Counted from the stretch's first letter, positions 30,525 to 40,145 are shown. The stretch: 64,000 bases of DNA from Bacteroidales bacterium (GCA_038317155.1 JBBQBC010000001.1:20531-84530); one strand, 5' to 3'. The notes: generated by a model not told the origin, from the sequence alone. Translations and numbers: made by a program.

Positions 30525-30770
30525 TTAAAGTAAAAAGTCTAAAGTATAAAGTAAAAAGTCTAAAGTAAAAAGTAAAAAGTCTAAAGTAAAAAGTAAAAAG
30601 TAAAAAGTAAAATGCCTTTCTGCTTGATGCAGCCAGACAGGTAAAAAGTCTAAAGTATAAAGTAAAATGCCCTGTCTGCATGATGGAATAAGGCAGGTAA
30701 AAAGTATAAAGTAAAAAGCCTGCCTGCTTGACGCAGTCAGGCAGGTAAAATGCCTGTCTGCTTGATGCGA
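30525..30770 (+). repeat. heptamer array (AAAAGTA/AAAGTCT) interrupted by four CCTG...CAGG-type palindromic inserts, the last partial
   Basis: Example: CCTGCCTGCTTGACGCAGTCAGGCAGG at 30719-30745. Confidence 0.85.
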
Positions 30771-30842
30771 AGAAATAGAATGTCCGCAGGTTTCTGAGAC
30801 TAATGGACATCATTCATATCAGTATTTGTTATTAACTTTAAG

Positions 30843-30870
30843 GCCTGTTTCCGACGTAACAGGCTTTTTT
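30843..30870 (+). terminator. intrinsic terminator
   Basis: GCCTGTT / AACAGGC stem followed by a T-tract. Confidence 0.65.
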
Positions 30871-30908
30871 ATTTCAGCACATAAACTAGGGTTCTCCAAT
30901 TTCAGCTA

Positions 30909-31340
30909 ATGGATATTGAAATTATTAAGTTCGCAATAAATCAGTCTGAAGCGTTTTCTCAGGCCAGCAAAATCCGATATTCGGTTTTTGTTGAAGAGCA
31001 GCACGTGCCCGAAGAACTCGAATATGATGGATTTGAAGCGGAAAGTCAGCATTACCTCTTGTTTTTGAACGAAAAGGCTGTAGCTACCTGCCGCTGGCGC
31101 CACACGGTAAAAGGGATTAAATTAGAGCGGTTTGCCGTTTTACCCGAATACCGGGGCAAGGGTTTGGGTGAAGTCCTCGTAAAACATGTCTTAAAAGAGG
31201 TCGCGAACGAGGGCAAATCCGTTTACCTTCATGCACAGGAACAGGTGGTTGGTTTTTATGCAAAACTGGGTTTCAGTGTTTATGGCGATGTTTTTATTGA
31301 AGCAGATATCAGGCATTTTCTGATGAAGTATGAAAATTGA
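30909..31340 (+). CDS. GNAT family N-acetyltransferase (ElaA-like)
   Basis: IRYSVFVEEQ, ERFAVLPEYRGKGLG, LHAQ...FYAKLGF. Confidence 0.9.
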   Translation: MDIEIIKFAINQSEAFSQASKIRYSVFVEEQHVPEELEYDGFEAESQHYLLFLNEKAVATCRWRHTVKGIKLERFAVLPEYRGKGLGEVLVKHVLKEVANEGKSVYLHAQEQVVGFYAKLGFSVYGDVFIEADIRHFLMKYEN

Positions 31341-31347
31341 TAATTAA

Positions 31348-31513
31348 ACCTAAGTTGAGCGATTTGAGCAAAGCGAAAAAGCGCTTTACTTAGTTAAACC
31401 CTGATTTAGAAATTGTTACAATTCACCACAGCCATGAAACTGTCTTACTGTGAATTGCTTACAATTTCCTGATCGATTGAGCTATTTTCCTTTTAAAATC
31501 GCTCAATTTGGGT
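31348..31513. mobile_element. MITE-like element of 166 bp with 18-bp imperfect terminal inverted repeats
   Basis: ACCTAAGTTGAGCGATTT / AAATCGCTCAATTTGGGT (16 of 18 complementary), TAA on both flanks, internal hairpin, no ORF. Confidence 0.65.
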
Positions 31514-31752
31514 TAAACAGTTCTATAAATTCTCTACAAAAGAGAAGATACTAAGGATCAGATTCTACAAAAAATCAGGCAGAATCTATGTTTAATTTAG
31601 TCCACAATCACATGCTAAGATTTCCAAAATCATAGTACTTGATCAACAGATGGGTACGCTGGATAAAAAAATTCCAGCACTTATTTATTTGGTCAGCAAA
31701 CTCTTTTTTAATAGTTTATTTTTGACACATTCAATTTTTATTCAGCAATTAA

Positions 31753-31995
31753 AATGGCACTTCTTTAACACTCGGATTTGATTGTAACCTGGACACTAAA
31801 TTTGTAGGAAATTCATTTGAATACTATGAAATAAGTCTTCTTAATAGTCAAGGGAAAATATTTTATAAATCTAGGCCAATTTAGGATGGTAAAACTGAAA
31901 TCAATTTGAATGTATTTGGCAAAGGAGTCTATGTGTTGAAGATATTTGATACTAAAAGTGAAAAAGCCTTTATTAACAAAATAATATTTAACTGA
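31753..31995 (+). pseudogene. remnant of a T9SS C-terminal sorting domain gene
   Basis: Frame reads YEISLLNSQGKIFYKSRPI*DGKTEINLNVFGKGVYVLKIFDTKSEKAFINKIIFN* with an internal TAG; its TGA overlaps the next ATG. Confidence 0.6.
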
Positions 31996-32666
31996 TGCAA
32001 AATAAACTTGTAATCACTTTTATTTTCTTGCTTGCTTTATTCAGTTCCTCTATTGCGCAGGATAATAGTGAGAATTCAAAACCGGATTTTTCTTTAGACC
32101 TATTCTTAATTTACCCCCAATATTTCACCGAATACGAAACTCAATTTAATTATGGCTTTGGAGGCGTTGTATCTGAAAATTTTAAACCTTTCAGGATTAC
32201 AACAGGGTTATTTTATACCTCTAAAAAATATTTTGAACCTTTTGAAGGCTCAGATATTGTCAAAATTACTTATAGTACAGATTATTATAATATACCTGTT
32301 CTTATAGGGTTCCCACTAAATAAGCAGGAAGTAAAGAAAAATAAATTCCTGATAGTCACAGGCACCATTTTTAACATTCCGCGTAACTATCAATCATTTA
32401 TTTATTACAACAACCATAACCCGAGAACAATCAACGGCACACCGGTTGCATATAAAGCAGGAAATTCATTCCGGTTGGCATTTCAATTTCACAGAAAGCT
32501 GAACAATGCTTTTCATGTTTTTTCTGGTGTTTTTACAGATTTTAAATTTCATTTGGATGATATCAGAATTGGGTCTTCTCTACCTCATTGGCATCCATCA
32601 TATTCAGAAGACAGATTCCTGGCGGGAATAAATTTGGGTATAGAGTGGATATATAAGAAGCGGTGA
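31995..32666 (+). CDS. hypothetical exported protein, probably outer-membrane beta-barrel (porin-family-like)
   Basis: Signal peptide, YYNIPVLIG, amphipathic last strand GINLGIEW; AT-rich. Confidence 0.65.
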   Translation: MQNKLVITFIFLLALFSSSIAQDNSENSKPDFSLDLFLIYPQYFTEYETQFNYGFGGVVSENFKPFRITTGLFYTSKKYFEPFEGSDIVKITYSTDYYNIPVLIGFPLNKQEVKKNKFLIVTGTIFNIPRNYQSFIYYNNHNPRTINGTPVAYKAGNSFRLAFQFHRKLNNAFHVFSGVFTDFKFHLDDIRIGSSLPHWHPSYSEDRFLAGINLGIEWIYKKR

Positions 32667-32757
32667 TATTGTCATTTTCTATTACTTTGTAACCGTTAGA
32701 AATCCCACCGTTCAGGTACCCGGGCGCATCCAATAGCTATCGTAACGTGGGTCAACC

Positions 32758-33600
32758 TTACCCCTTTCGGCTCCATTCCCCCTCAGCAAAGATGCTGTTT
32801 TCGTTAAGCCCACAGCTTTTCATCACCACTTTGGCTTCATTAAAATACATGCTTAATTCTTTTGGCTGGTGCGCATCGCTGCTCAGTATAACGGGAATTT
32901 TTCTTTCGCTTAATTGCCTCAAAATAAATTCACCCGGGAACAGGGTTTCACTGCGCCCCTTGTAAATGCCACGGGTGTTCACCTCAACAATCACCCCCTT
33001 CTCTGCAATCAGGTTTAAAGTTTCGTTCACCAGACCTGTGTACCATTTATCTGTTTCATTGAACCAGCGTCCCTGGTTGTGCATTTTTATTTTATCGAGG
33101 TGGCCCACGATGTCGAAGGTTTCCTCCTCCAGCATCTGATTAATCTGGTGCCAATAAGCAGTAACCCCTTTGCGGATGTCCCCGCTAAAAATTTCATTCA
33201 ACCCAATATCGTAGATTTCACGCTTCGGCCCATCGATGAACCATAGTTTTTCGTGGTTACTGTTTTTTACAAGATGCACACTGCCAATAATATAATCAAG
33301 TCCAAAGGAAGATTTCAGGCCGGAAAATCCTGCACTGATTCCGGGAATATAATCAGCCTCAAGTGCAATCAAAATCTCCAATTGGTCTTTATAACCCTGC
33401 TTCAATCTGACTATCTCTGATATGTAGGCATTTTCAGTACCTGCCTGCAGCGCAAAGGTATTTTCGAACGGCAGAACAGAATGCTCTGAAAATCCGAGGG
33501 TGCTAAAACCCTGACGAATGGCCTCAATTACATATTCTTCAGGTTCGGATGATCCATCAGAAAATCGGGAGTGGGTGTGGTAGTTGGTTAGATTATTCAT
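32758..33600 (-). CDS. PHP-family histidinol-phosphatase (HisJ-like)
   Basis: NYHTHSRFSDG, GFSEH, DYIIGSVH, GHLD, EVNT, SSDAH. Confidence 0.9.
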   Translation of the reverse strand: MNNLTNYHTHSRFSDGSSEPEEYVIEAIRQGFSTLGFSEHSVLPFENTFALQAGTENAYISEIVRLKQGYKDQLEILIALEADYIPGISAGFSGLKSSFGLDYIIGSVHLVKNSNHEKLWFIDGPKREIYDIGLNEIFSGDIRKGVTAYWHQINQMLEEETFDIVGHLDKIKMHNQGRWFNETDKWYTGLVNETLNLIAEKGVIVEVNTRGIYKGRSETLFPGEFILRQLSERKIPVILSSDAHQPKELSMYFNEAKVVMKSCGLNENSIFAEGEWSRKG

Positions 33601-33633
33601 GTACAATTATAATTTAATGATAAATTCTATTTC

Positions 33634-33876
33634 TCAGGGCGCAGGGCGCAGGGCTCAGGGCCGGTGGCTGAGTGTTTTGCGACCAAATGCTTATTAAACA
33701 AACAGGCTGATTCGCAAAATGTATCGAAGCCACAATGCCAGCAGAGCAAAGGGCTCAGAGCTCAGAGCAAAGGGCTCAGGGCTTAGGGCCGGTGGCTGAG
33801 TGTTTTGCGACCAAATGCTGAATATACAAACGGGCTGATTCTCAAAATGTATCGAAGCCACAAGGCCAGCAGAACA
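33634..33876 (+). repeat. GGGCGCA/GGGCTCA heptamers plus two ~100-bp direct copies (period 128) of a REP-like palindrome with an internal insert
   Basis: GGTGGCTGAGTG-TTTTGCGA...TCGCAAAA-TGTATCGAAGCCAC at 33663-33733 and 33791-33861. Confidence 0.85.
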
Positions 33877-33892
33877 CAGATCAAGCAAGTCC

Positions 33893-34056
33893 CAATTCCG
33901 AATTCCAAAATCCGCCTGGTCATTCGGTCAGATCCGAAATCCGAAATCCGAAATCCGAAACCCGAAATCCGCCTGGTCATTCGGGCAGATCCGAAATCCG
34001 AAATCCGAAACCCGCCTGGTCTTTTGGGCAAATCCGAAATCCGAAATCCGAAATCA
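33893..34056 (+). repeat. AAATCCG heptamer array with three CCGCCTGGTC inserts
   Basis: Read directly; same heptamer as at 10688-11007. Confidence 0.85.
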
Positions 34057-35325
34057 GGAACTCTTCTCCGTCTGCACCTGAAACAACCCATGCCCAGCAT
34101 CCACCACGAGATAAACTTTATCACCTCTACGCAGGGTTTCTGTTACCGCAATGGAACAGTTTTCGCCTTTCACGACTTTTTCGACCGGGTTCAGGTCAAC
34201 CCTCAGTTCCGTAACTTTAGCTTCATAAGCACCCGTTGTGGGCCCTATCACCAGTATATTGTCACCAATATTCAAGGAATGGGTTTCAATCTTGATTTCA
34301 GCCACATTCAGCTTGCTGAAAAAGTTTACCACTTTACCCACATGAACCTTTTTTTGTGTGGCCTGCGAACCATACCTTTCCGACCATTCCCCGGTTTTTT
34401 CGCCCAGGTAGTAGCCACCCCAGAAACCGCGGTTGTAAACCTTGTTCACTTCGTTTGTCCAGGTTTCAACGTTTTCGCGAGAGAATTGTTTATTTTTCCA
34501 GGCTTCAACCGCTTCATGATAGGTGCGGGTAACGGTTTTCACATATTCGGCCGACCGTCCCCGGCCTTCAATCTTCAGCACCGTTACACCGGCTTCGAGC
34601 AGGCGATCGAGGATTGGCAAAGTCATCAGGTCTTTGGGCGACATAATGTATTTGTTGTCAATCTCCAGTTCCAGTTGATTGTCCTTATCGGTCACTGTGT
34701 ATGCCCTTCTACAGGGTTGCTGACAGGCGCCCCGGTTCGCGGAAGCATTGAAATTATCAAGGCTGATGTAGCATTTCCCGGATACGGCCATACACAGCGC
34801 GCCATGCACAAAAACCTCGATTTGAACGGGATTTCCGGAAGGCCCGGTAATGTTTTGTTCCTTAATAGCCCTGGTAATGGCTTCAATCTGGCGAATGTTC
34901 AGCTCCCGTGCAAGTACCATCACATCGGCATACCGGGCATAAAATCTTATGGCTTCAATATTGGTGATGTTACACTGCGTGGAGATATGAATTTCGACTC
35001 CCTTAGCCTTTGCATATTCCATCACCGATAAATCAGAGGCAATAATAGCGCTGACGCCGCTTTCCTTTGCCAGCTCAACCATTTCGCGCATAATCGGAAG
35101 CTCCTCATCGTAAATAATCGTATTGAGGGTAAGATATGACTTTACCCCGTTTTCGCCGCAGATTTTAGTAATCTGCCTGATATCATCGGGCGAAAAGTTG
35201 CTCGATGAACGGGCCCGCATATTCAATTGTCCGGCTCCGAAATAAACAGAACCGGCCCCCCCCTGAATGGCGGCCATCAGCGATTCGAATGACCCGGCGG
35301 GGGACATAATTTCAATTTCAGGCAT
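34054..35325 (-). CDS. U32 family protein (Fe-S-dependent RNA hydroxylase-like, annotated peptidase U32)
   Basis: SPAGS, HISTQ, VLAREL, EVFVHGALCMAVSGKC, NRGACQQPCR, LKIEGR. Confidence 0.9.
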   Translation of the reverse strand: MPEIEIMSPAGSFESLMAAIQGGAGSVYFGAGQLNMRARSSSNFSPDDIRQITKICGENGVKSYLTLNTIIYDEELPIMREMVELAKESGVSAIIASDLSVMEYAKAKGVEIHISTQCNITNIEAIRFYARYADVMVLARELNIRQIEAITRAIKEQNITGPSGNPVQIEVFVHGALCMAVSGKCYISLDNFNASANRGACQQPCRRAYTVTDKDNQLELEIDNKYIMSPKDLMTLPILDRLLEAGVTVLKIEGRGRSAEYVKTVTRTYHEAVEAWKNKQFSRENVETWTNEVNKVYNRGFWGGYYLGEKTGEWSERYGSQATQKKVHVGKVVNFFSKLNVAEIKIETHSLNIGDNILVIGPTTGAYEAKVTELRVDLNPVEKVVKGENCSIAVTETLRRGDKVYLVVDAGHGLFQVQTEKSS

Positions 35326-35399
35326 AGAATTTATTGATTTCCGGCAAAGATAAGCCTATTTCATGAATCGGAACCCTGCATGGCACCTGGCGGTTTTAG

Positions 35400-35762
35400 G
35401 CTGCATTTTATTTTGATGTGCTGGGATTAACTTCGCCGAGTTGAATAAAAATTTTTTGAGGCATAGGTTCTTGGAATAAAAGGAGCGGGAGAAGGAGTTC
35501 AACCCTTTCAGGGCTGCATTGTCTTTTGTGTCCTCAACACCGTGGGTTCCGTTTCACTCCACCCACGGTTATTGATATTGAGCATCCCGATAGCTATCCG
35601 GGATCGGCGCTCTAACTGTGTCCCTGAAGGGGACAAATTTTAAATAACCGTGGGTAGAACGAAGTGGAACCCACGGTTGGCTGATGTAAAGATGAAACGT
35701 CGTCCCTGAAAGGGGCGAATAAAAAATCTTTAATTTAACAGCACATCAAAATAAAATGCTGC
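35400..35762. mobile_element. MITE-like element (~363 bp) with a 21-bp perfect inverted repeat, carrying nested REP-like palindromes
   Basis: GCATTTTATTTTGATGTGCTG (35403-35423) / CAGCACATCAAAATAAAATGC (35739-35759); flanks GGTTTTAG / GGTTTTAA. Confidence 0.7.
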
Positions 35763-35949
35763 GGTTTTAAGCATTGGTTTTTGCCAATACCGGCCATAAA
35801 GATTAATTCTAAGTAATTATTTTACACCGAAAAATCTTCGGCTAAGGACTTACTTTTGGGTAATTTGGCGATAAACCCATGCAATGAAGATTGGTAATGA
35901 GACATTGGCAATAACGAAAAAATACAAATTGAATCCTTGAAATAAATTA

Positions 35950-38481
35950 ATGCATAAAAGACCGGTAAAACAAGTTGATTTAAGCAGCGAATTCAGCCTG
36001 ATCAATGCAATGATCATTAAGTCAGGCCTGACCGGAATCGTTGTAACCGGGCCCCATTTCAAACGAAAAAAATTAACCTCCCTCGATCTGATCTTACTTC
36101 ATAAGAATCAGTCAGACAACAAGTCACATCTGCTCGACGAAATCGATTTTACCGGTTTGCTTTCACAACCAGCAGTATTGCAAAAAATTACGGAAGAAGC
36201 TGTATTTGGCGGTGAAACTGACGTGATAACTGAATCCGGACCTCAGAAACTTTATTATTCCGCCTTTCCAATAATGGTTTTTTCAACTTTAAGGCTGATA
36301 GCACTCGCATTTAATCAGGAGCGGGAGATAAAAGAAGAAGACCGGTATTTAATAAGTTCATTATTGAAGGTAATAAGTCAACAAATTGAGTTAAAAGATG
36401 AAGCAGATGATCTGAAAATTGATAAAAACCGCTATATCCGTCTTTTTGAATCTGCCCCGGAAGCCATTACAATGCTTGATAAGAATAACCTGATTTTAGA
36501 TGTGAATCCGGAATTTGAGCAATTATTCCTTTTTAAAAGAGCAGATATTTTAGGTAAAAAACTTGATGAACTGATTGCCCCGGCCAATCTGATACCGGAA
36601 GCCAGACAACTGACCAAAATCAACTGGGAAGGTGGCAGGGTTGCTGTTGAAACACAGAGAATGCGGCACGATGGCAAACTGATAGATGTTTCGGTGCTGG
36701 GCGTGCCTTTTGTCGAAGGCAATGGCCACTTATGTATTTATGGCATTTATCGCGATATAACAGCCCGAAAAAATAGTGAGAAACAGGAACTTCGCCGTAT
36801 AGCATTTATTGAGTTTATCAGCAGGTTGTCTTCCGATCTGATTAACATGGATGTCCGGGAAATTGACCAAACGATCAGCAGTGGCCTTGAAACAGTTGCC
36901 AGGGTCTATTCTGCCGAAAGAGCTTACCTGATGGAACTTTCAGATGCAGGCGACTTTGTAAAAATAACCCATGAATGGACAGCTGATCCACGCTTTTCTC
37001 ACCGTGAAAGACAGCCTGAAATTTATCTGAACGAGCTCCCCGATTATTTTGAAAAACTGATCGCCGGGCAGATGCAATACTTCCACCGGACTGACATTGG
37101 AATTGAAGAGGATACTAAAGCCCTGGGGTTTTTTTTCGATCTGCTTGATATTGAATCAATGGTAAACATTCCGCTTTTTGTGGATAAAAGGTTTAAAAAC
37201 TATATCGTATTCGACACCTTCAGCAGACCGGTATTTTGGGATGAACAAGCCTTAAACTCATTTAAACTTACCGGTCAGATTTTGGTAAATGCGCTCGAAA
37301 GAAAGCACCGTGAATTAGCCTTACAGGATGCGTTGCAAAAGGCAGAGGCCTCCGACAACCTTAAATCTGCATTTCTGGCTGGCATCTCTCACGAAGTACG
37401 CACCCCGATGAACCATATACTGGGTTTCATTGAAGTTATGGACGACCCTTATCTCGTGCAAAGCGAAAAGGATGAATATCTTGCAATTATGAAGTCGAGT
37501 GGCAATCATTTATTGCGATTGATTGATGATGTTATTGAACTGGCGCTGATTGATTCAGGGCAGGTTATCATGAACAATTCGCCATGCAATATTTGTCGGG
37601 TTCTGGAATCGTTGCAGGTAGAATTTGAAGGGTTAAAGTCTGAGCTTAACAGGAATTCCGTTAAACTTATCCTGTCAATTCCAGCGGAATGCCGGCAAAT
37701 GATCATCAATACGGATGAAATAAGACTCCGGCAAATAATTTGGAACCTCCTATCAAATGCAATCAAATTTACGCCGGAAGGAGAAGTCGGATTCGGCTTT
37801 TTATTGAAAGATTTCAACAGGATTGAGTTCTATGTGAGCGATACAGGAATTGGAATTGACAAAACTGATCTTCCTGTTATTTTTGAAAGGTTCAGAAAAG
37901 TTGAAAATGGGCTTTCACGAAAATTTGGTGGGGCAGGCCTTGGCCTATCCATAAGCCAGGGACTGGCAACCCTGTTCGGAAACATGATAAAGGTTCTTTC
38001 AGCAAAGGGTACCGGCTCTGTATTCAGCTTTTCTATTCCTTATATCATTTACTCACCGGATACGGGAAAAAGAACGAAAATTAACGGGTTTGCCCATACG
38101 TTTTATTGGGAAGAAAGATCAATTTTAATGGTTGAAGATGACCCTGTAAATATGAAGTTTTTAACGGTGCTACTCCTGAATACAGGGGCAAATCTGTTAT
38201 ATGCATCAAATGGAAAGGAGGCTCTGGAATTGCTCGAACAGAATAAAGTTGATCTGGTTCTCATAGATATGCAGATGCCGGTAATGGATGGGTACGAAGC
38301 AACCCGCCTGATAAAAAAGAAATATCCCAGGCTTCCCGTTATTGCCCAGACAGCCTATGCGATAAAAAGTGATGAAATGGAATGTCGGGCCGCTGGTTGC
38401 GATGATTACATCGCAAAGCCAATAGATAAAAACAAGTTGTATGCTAAAATTCAGGAATTGCTGTTTCCACTTAAATCGTGA
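35950..38481 (+). CDS. hybrid sensor histidine kinase (PAS-GAF-HisKA-HATPase-REC)
   Basis: FESAPEAI...YRDITARK, SHEVRTPMN, NLLSNAIKFT, DTGIGI, GGAGLGL, DMQMPVMDG, YIAKP. Confidence 0.93.
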   Translation: MHKRPVKQVDLSSEFSLINAMIIKSGLTGIVVTGPHFKRKKLTSLDLILLHKNQSDNKSHLLDEIDFTGLLSQPAVLQKITEEAVFGGETDVITESGPQKLYYSAFPIMVFSTLRLIALAFNQEREIKEEDRYLISSLLKVISQQIELKDEADDLKIDKNRYIRLFESAPEAITMLDKNNLILDVNPEFEQLFLFKRADILGKKLDELIAPANLIPEARQLTKINWEGGRVAVETQRMRHDGKLIDVSVLGVPFVEGNGHLCIYGIYRDITARKNSEKQELRRIAFIEFISRLSSDLINMDVREIDQTISSGLETVARVYSAERAYLMELSDAGDFVKITHEWTADPRFSHRERQPEIYLNELPDYFEKLIAGQMQYFHRTDIGIEEDTKALGFFFDLLDIESMVNIPLFVDKRFKNYIVFDTFSRPVFWDEQALNSFKLTGQILVNALERKHRELALQDALQKAEASDNLKSAFLAGISHEVRTPMNHILGFIEVMDDPYLVQSEKDEYLAIMKSSGNHLLRLIDDVIELALIDSGQVIMNNSPCNICRVLESLQVEFEGLKSELNRNSVKLILSIPAECRQMIINTDEIRLRQIIWNLLSNAIKFTPEGEVGFGFLLKDFNRIEFYVSDTGIGIDKTDLPVIFERFRKVENGLSRKFGGAGLGLSISQGLATLFGNMIKVLSAKGTGSVFSFSIPYIIYSPDTGKRTKINGFAHTFYWEERSILMVEDDPVNMKFLTVLLLNTGANLLYASNGKEALELLEQNKVDLVLIDMQMPVMDGYEATRLIKKKYPRLPVIAQTAYAIKSDEMECRAAGCDDYIAKPIDKNKLYAKIQELLFPLKS

Positions 38482-38490
38482 ATTGCAAAT

Positions 38491-38940
38491 CTATTCGTTA
38501 TCCTCAGCGTACCATTCAGCGAAAGAGGTTACTGTTTCGCGGAGTTTCAGGCTATGTAAACTGACTTCCGGTGGTATAGAGGCTTTTAGCCTTTGAGCAA
38601 AATCAATCAGCAGGTTCTCACTGGTTGGCTGATATTCAACAAGAATCAGACGACCTACAAACTCCCCCATTTCAGAAATCTGCCCGGGAGCAGTAGCTTT
38701 GTTCAATACCAAAGAATGGTCAAACTCATCCACAATCTGCTGCCCGACAATTTGCTTTAATAGCTTGAAATCCATCACCATGCCATAAAAAGGGGAGTTG
38801 CTGTCAGAAATTGGCTCACCCGTAAGGGTTACAAATAATTCATAAGAATGGCCATGAATGTATCTGCACGGGCCATTATAACCGGCAAGGGCATGGGCCA
38901 TTTCAAACTTAAATTCTTTGGTTAATCTTATCTTTGCCAT
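38491..38940 (-). CDS. queD: 6-carboxytetrahydropterin synthase
   Basis: FEMAHAL...CRYIHGHSY, MVMDF, FDH, PTSEN. Confidence 0.9.
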   Translation of the reverse strand: MAKIRLTKEFKFEMAHALAGYNGPCRYIHGHSYELFVTLTGEPISDSNSPFYGMVMDFKLLKQIVGQQIVDEFDHSLVLNKATAPGQISEMGEFVGRLILVEYQPTSENLLIDFAQRLKASIPPEVSLHSLKLRETVTSFAEWYAEDNE

Positions 38941-38949
38941 TCCCGGTAT

Positions 38950-40011
38950 CTATTTCATTAATCGTGAAAAGGCCGGATATTTGCCTGGTTCGCTGACCGT
39001 TACAAAGTAAACCCCAGGGCAAAGTGCGGCTGTATTAATCCTTATTTCTCCATTTGTGGTTGATAAATCAAGATCATATTGCCTGCCCGTTACATCAGAA
39101 AGAGTTACAGTTAACTGATCACTGTCATAGTAACCATGGTGGTTAATATTGCAATAATCAATAGCTGGAACAGGGTACACAGAAATATCGGAATTATAAG
39201 GCGTTTTTTCAATGCCGGTAGTACCACCCCAGATTTGTGAAACATATTCCGGATGATCGATGAATGGATTGCGGTTATTCTGTATCTGGTAAACAGCATT
39301 ATTCCTGTCAATCTCTTTCTGGCTGACAGGGTCGCTCAGATTCCACTCCTTCATCATAGCAAGAGCCCATGGCCTGAGTTGTGAACCGTTCACCATAGCG
39401 CTGCCAGGCCATCCGTTGTCTTCTCCGTAATAACGGGTTGACATGTAAAAATAGGTTCTGGCAAAATCGCCTTTGTAAGCATCAATGGGTTCGAAAACAA
39501 TACCTGAGTAACCCGGATAGCTGCAACTGCCGAGTTTACTGCCGTTTTCAGAAGTCCAGGATGCTGACGAAACAGTCCCGTAAGGGAAATTGCTGCGTTT
39601 TCCGTTAACATAACCATCGGTTGGGTACAGGTGGAATAGGTCGGAGTACATCGGGCTCATATCGTTGAACCAGCTTTTAGGCCATGAATGCTCACGATTG
39701 TAGCAATCCCCTTCCCCGCTATAGCTCCCGCACTGATCTCCTGAGGTGAAATGAAAAACATAAGGTGGATTTCCACCGGGAACATCGGAGTACATATCCC
39801 AGACAGTGCCGTTGGGTTTTGGGTCGGTTGATTGAAAGTGCTGGTGCAATGAATTATAGCTCTGCACATTATGATTATCAATGATGTTATGAAGAGCAGC
39901 CTGCAGGGCAGTTCCATTAAGGCCGGCTGCCGGATTGTAATAGCCTGCGGGTGGTTGCGCCAGGGTAATCGTAAAAAGCGGTAAAAAAGCAAAAAGAAGT
40001 AACTTTTTCAT
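38950..40011 (-). CDS. secreted endonuclease I (Bsn-like) with T9SS C-terminal domain
   Basis: YNREHSWPKSW, SDLFHLYPTDGYVN, KGDFAR, NRNPFIDHPE; VYPVPA...PGVYFV. Confidence 0.88.
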   Translation of the reverse strand: MKKLLLFAFLPLFTITLAQPPAGYYNPAAGLNGTALQAALHNIIDNHNVQSYNSLHQHFQSTDPKPNGTVWDMYSDVPGGNPPYVFHFTSGDQCGSYSGEGDCYNREHSWPKSWFNDMSPMYSDLFHLYPTDGYVNGKRSNFPYGTVSSASWTSENGSKLGSCSYPGYSGIVFEPIDAYKGDFARTYFYMSTRYYGEDNGWPGSAMVNGSQLRPWALAMMKEWNLSDPVSQKEIDRNNAVYQIQNNRNPFIDHPEYVSQIWGGTTGIEKTPYNSDISVYPVPAIDYCNINHHGYYDSDQLTVTLSDVTGRQYDLDLSTTNGEIRINTAALCPGVYFVTVSEPGKYPAFSRLMK

Positions 40012-40048
40012 GAGGATAATATTGTTAAATAGTAGTGACCGAAGAAAT

Positions 40049-40111
40049 TTAAGAGATTCTTCGCTTCGCCTGTCTGCCCTCAGAACGCAACGAAGTGCAG
40101 TGATGAATCTC
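40049..40111. repeat. REP-like imperfect palindrome
   Basis: GAGATTCTTCGCTTCGC...GCAACGAAGTGCAGTGATGAATCTC with a CCTGTCTGCC insert. Confidence 0.55.
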
Positions 40112-40145
40112 TTTCATGTAGTAGAATTTAAATGTTCACCACAGA

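Noticed and set aside
30430-30813. 127-aa minus-strand ORF with FTFYFRL repeats
   Set aside because: Translation of a heptamer array.
32664-32692. Possible duplicate of the GNAT 3' end after the 31995-32666 gene
   Set aside because: Only GATAT..CATTTTCT is shared, which is too short and AT-rich to distinguish from chance.
33783-35031. ORFs 33783-34124 (-) and 33805-35031 (+)
   Set aside because: Translations of repeats and an antisense shadow of the U32 gene.
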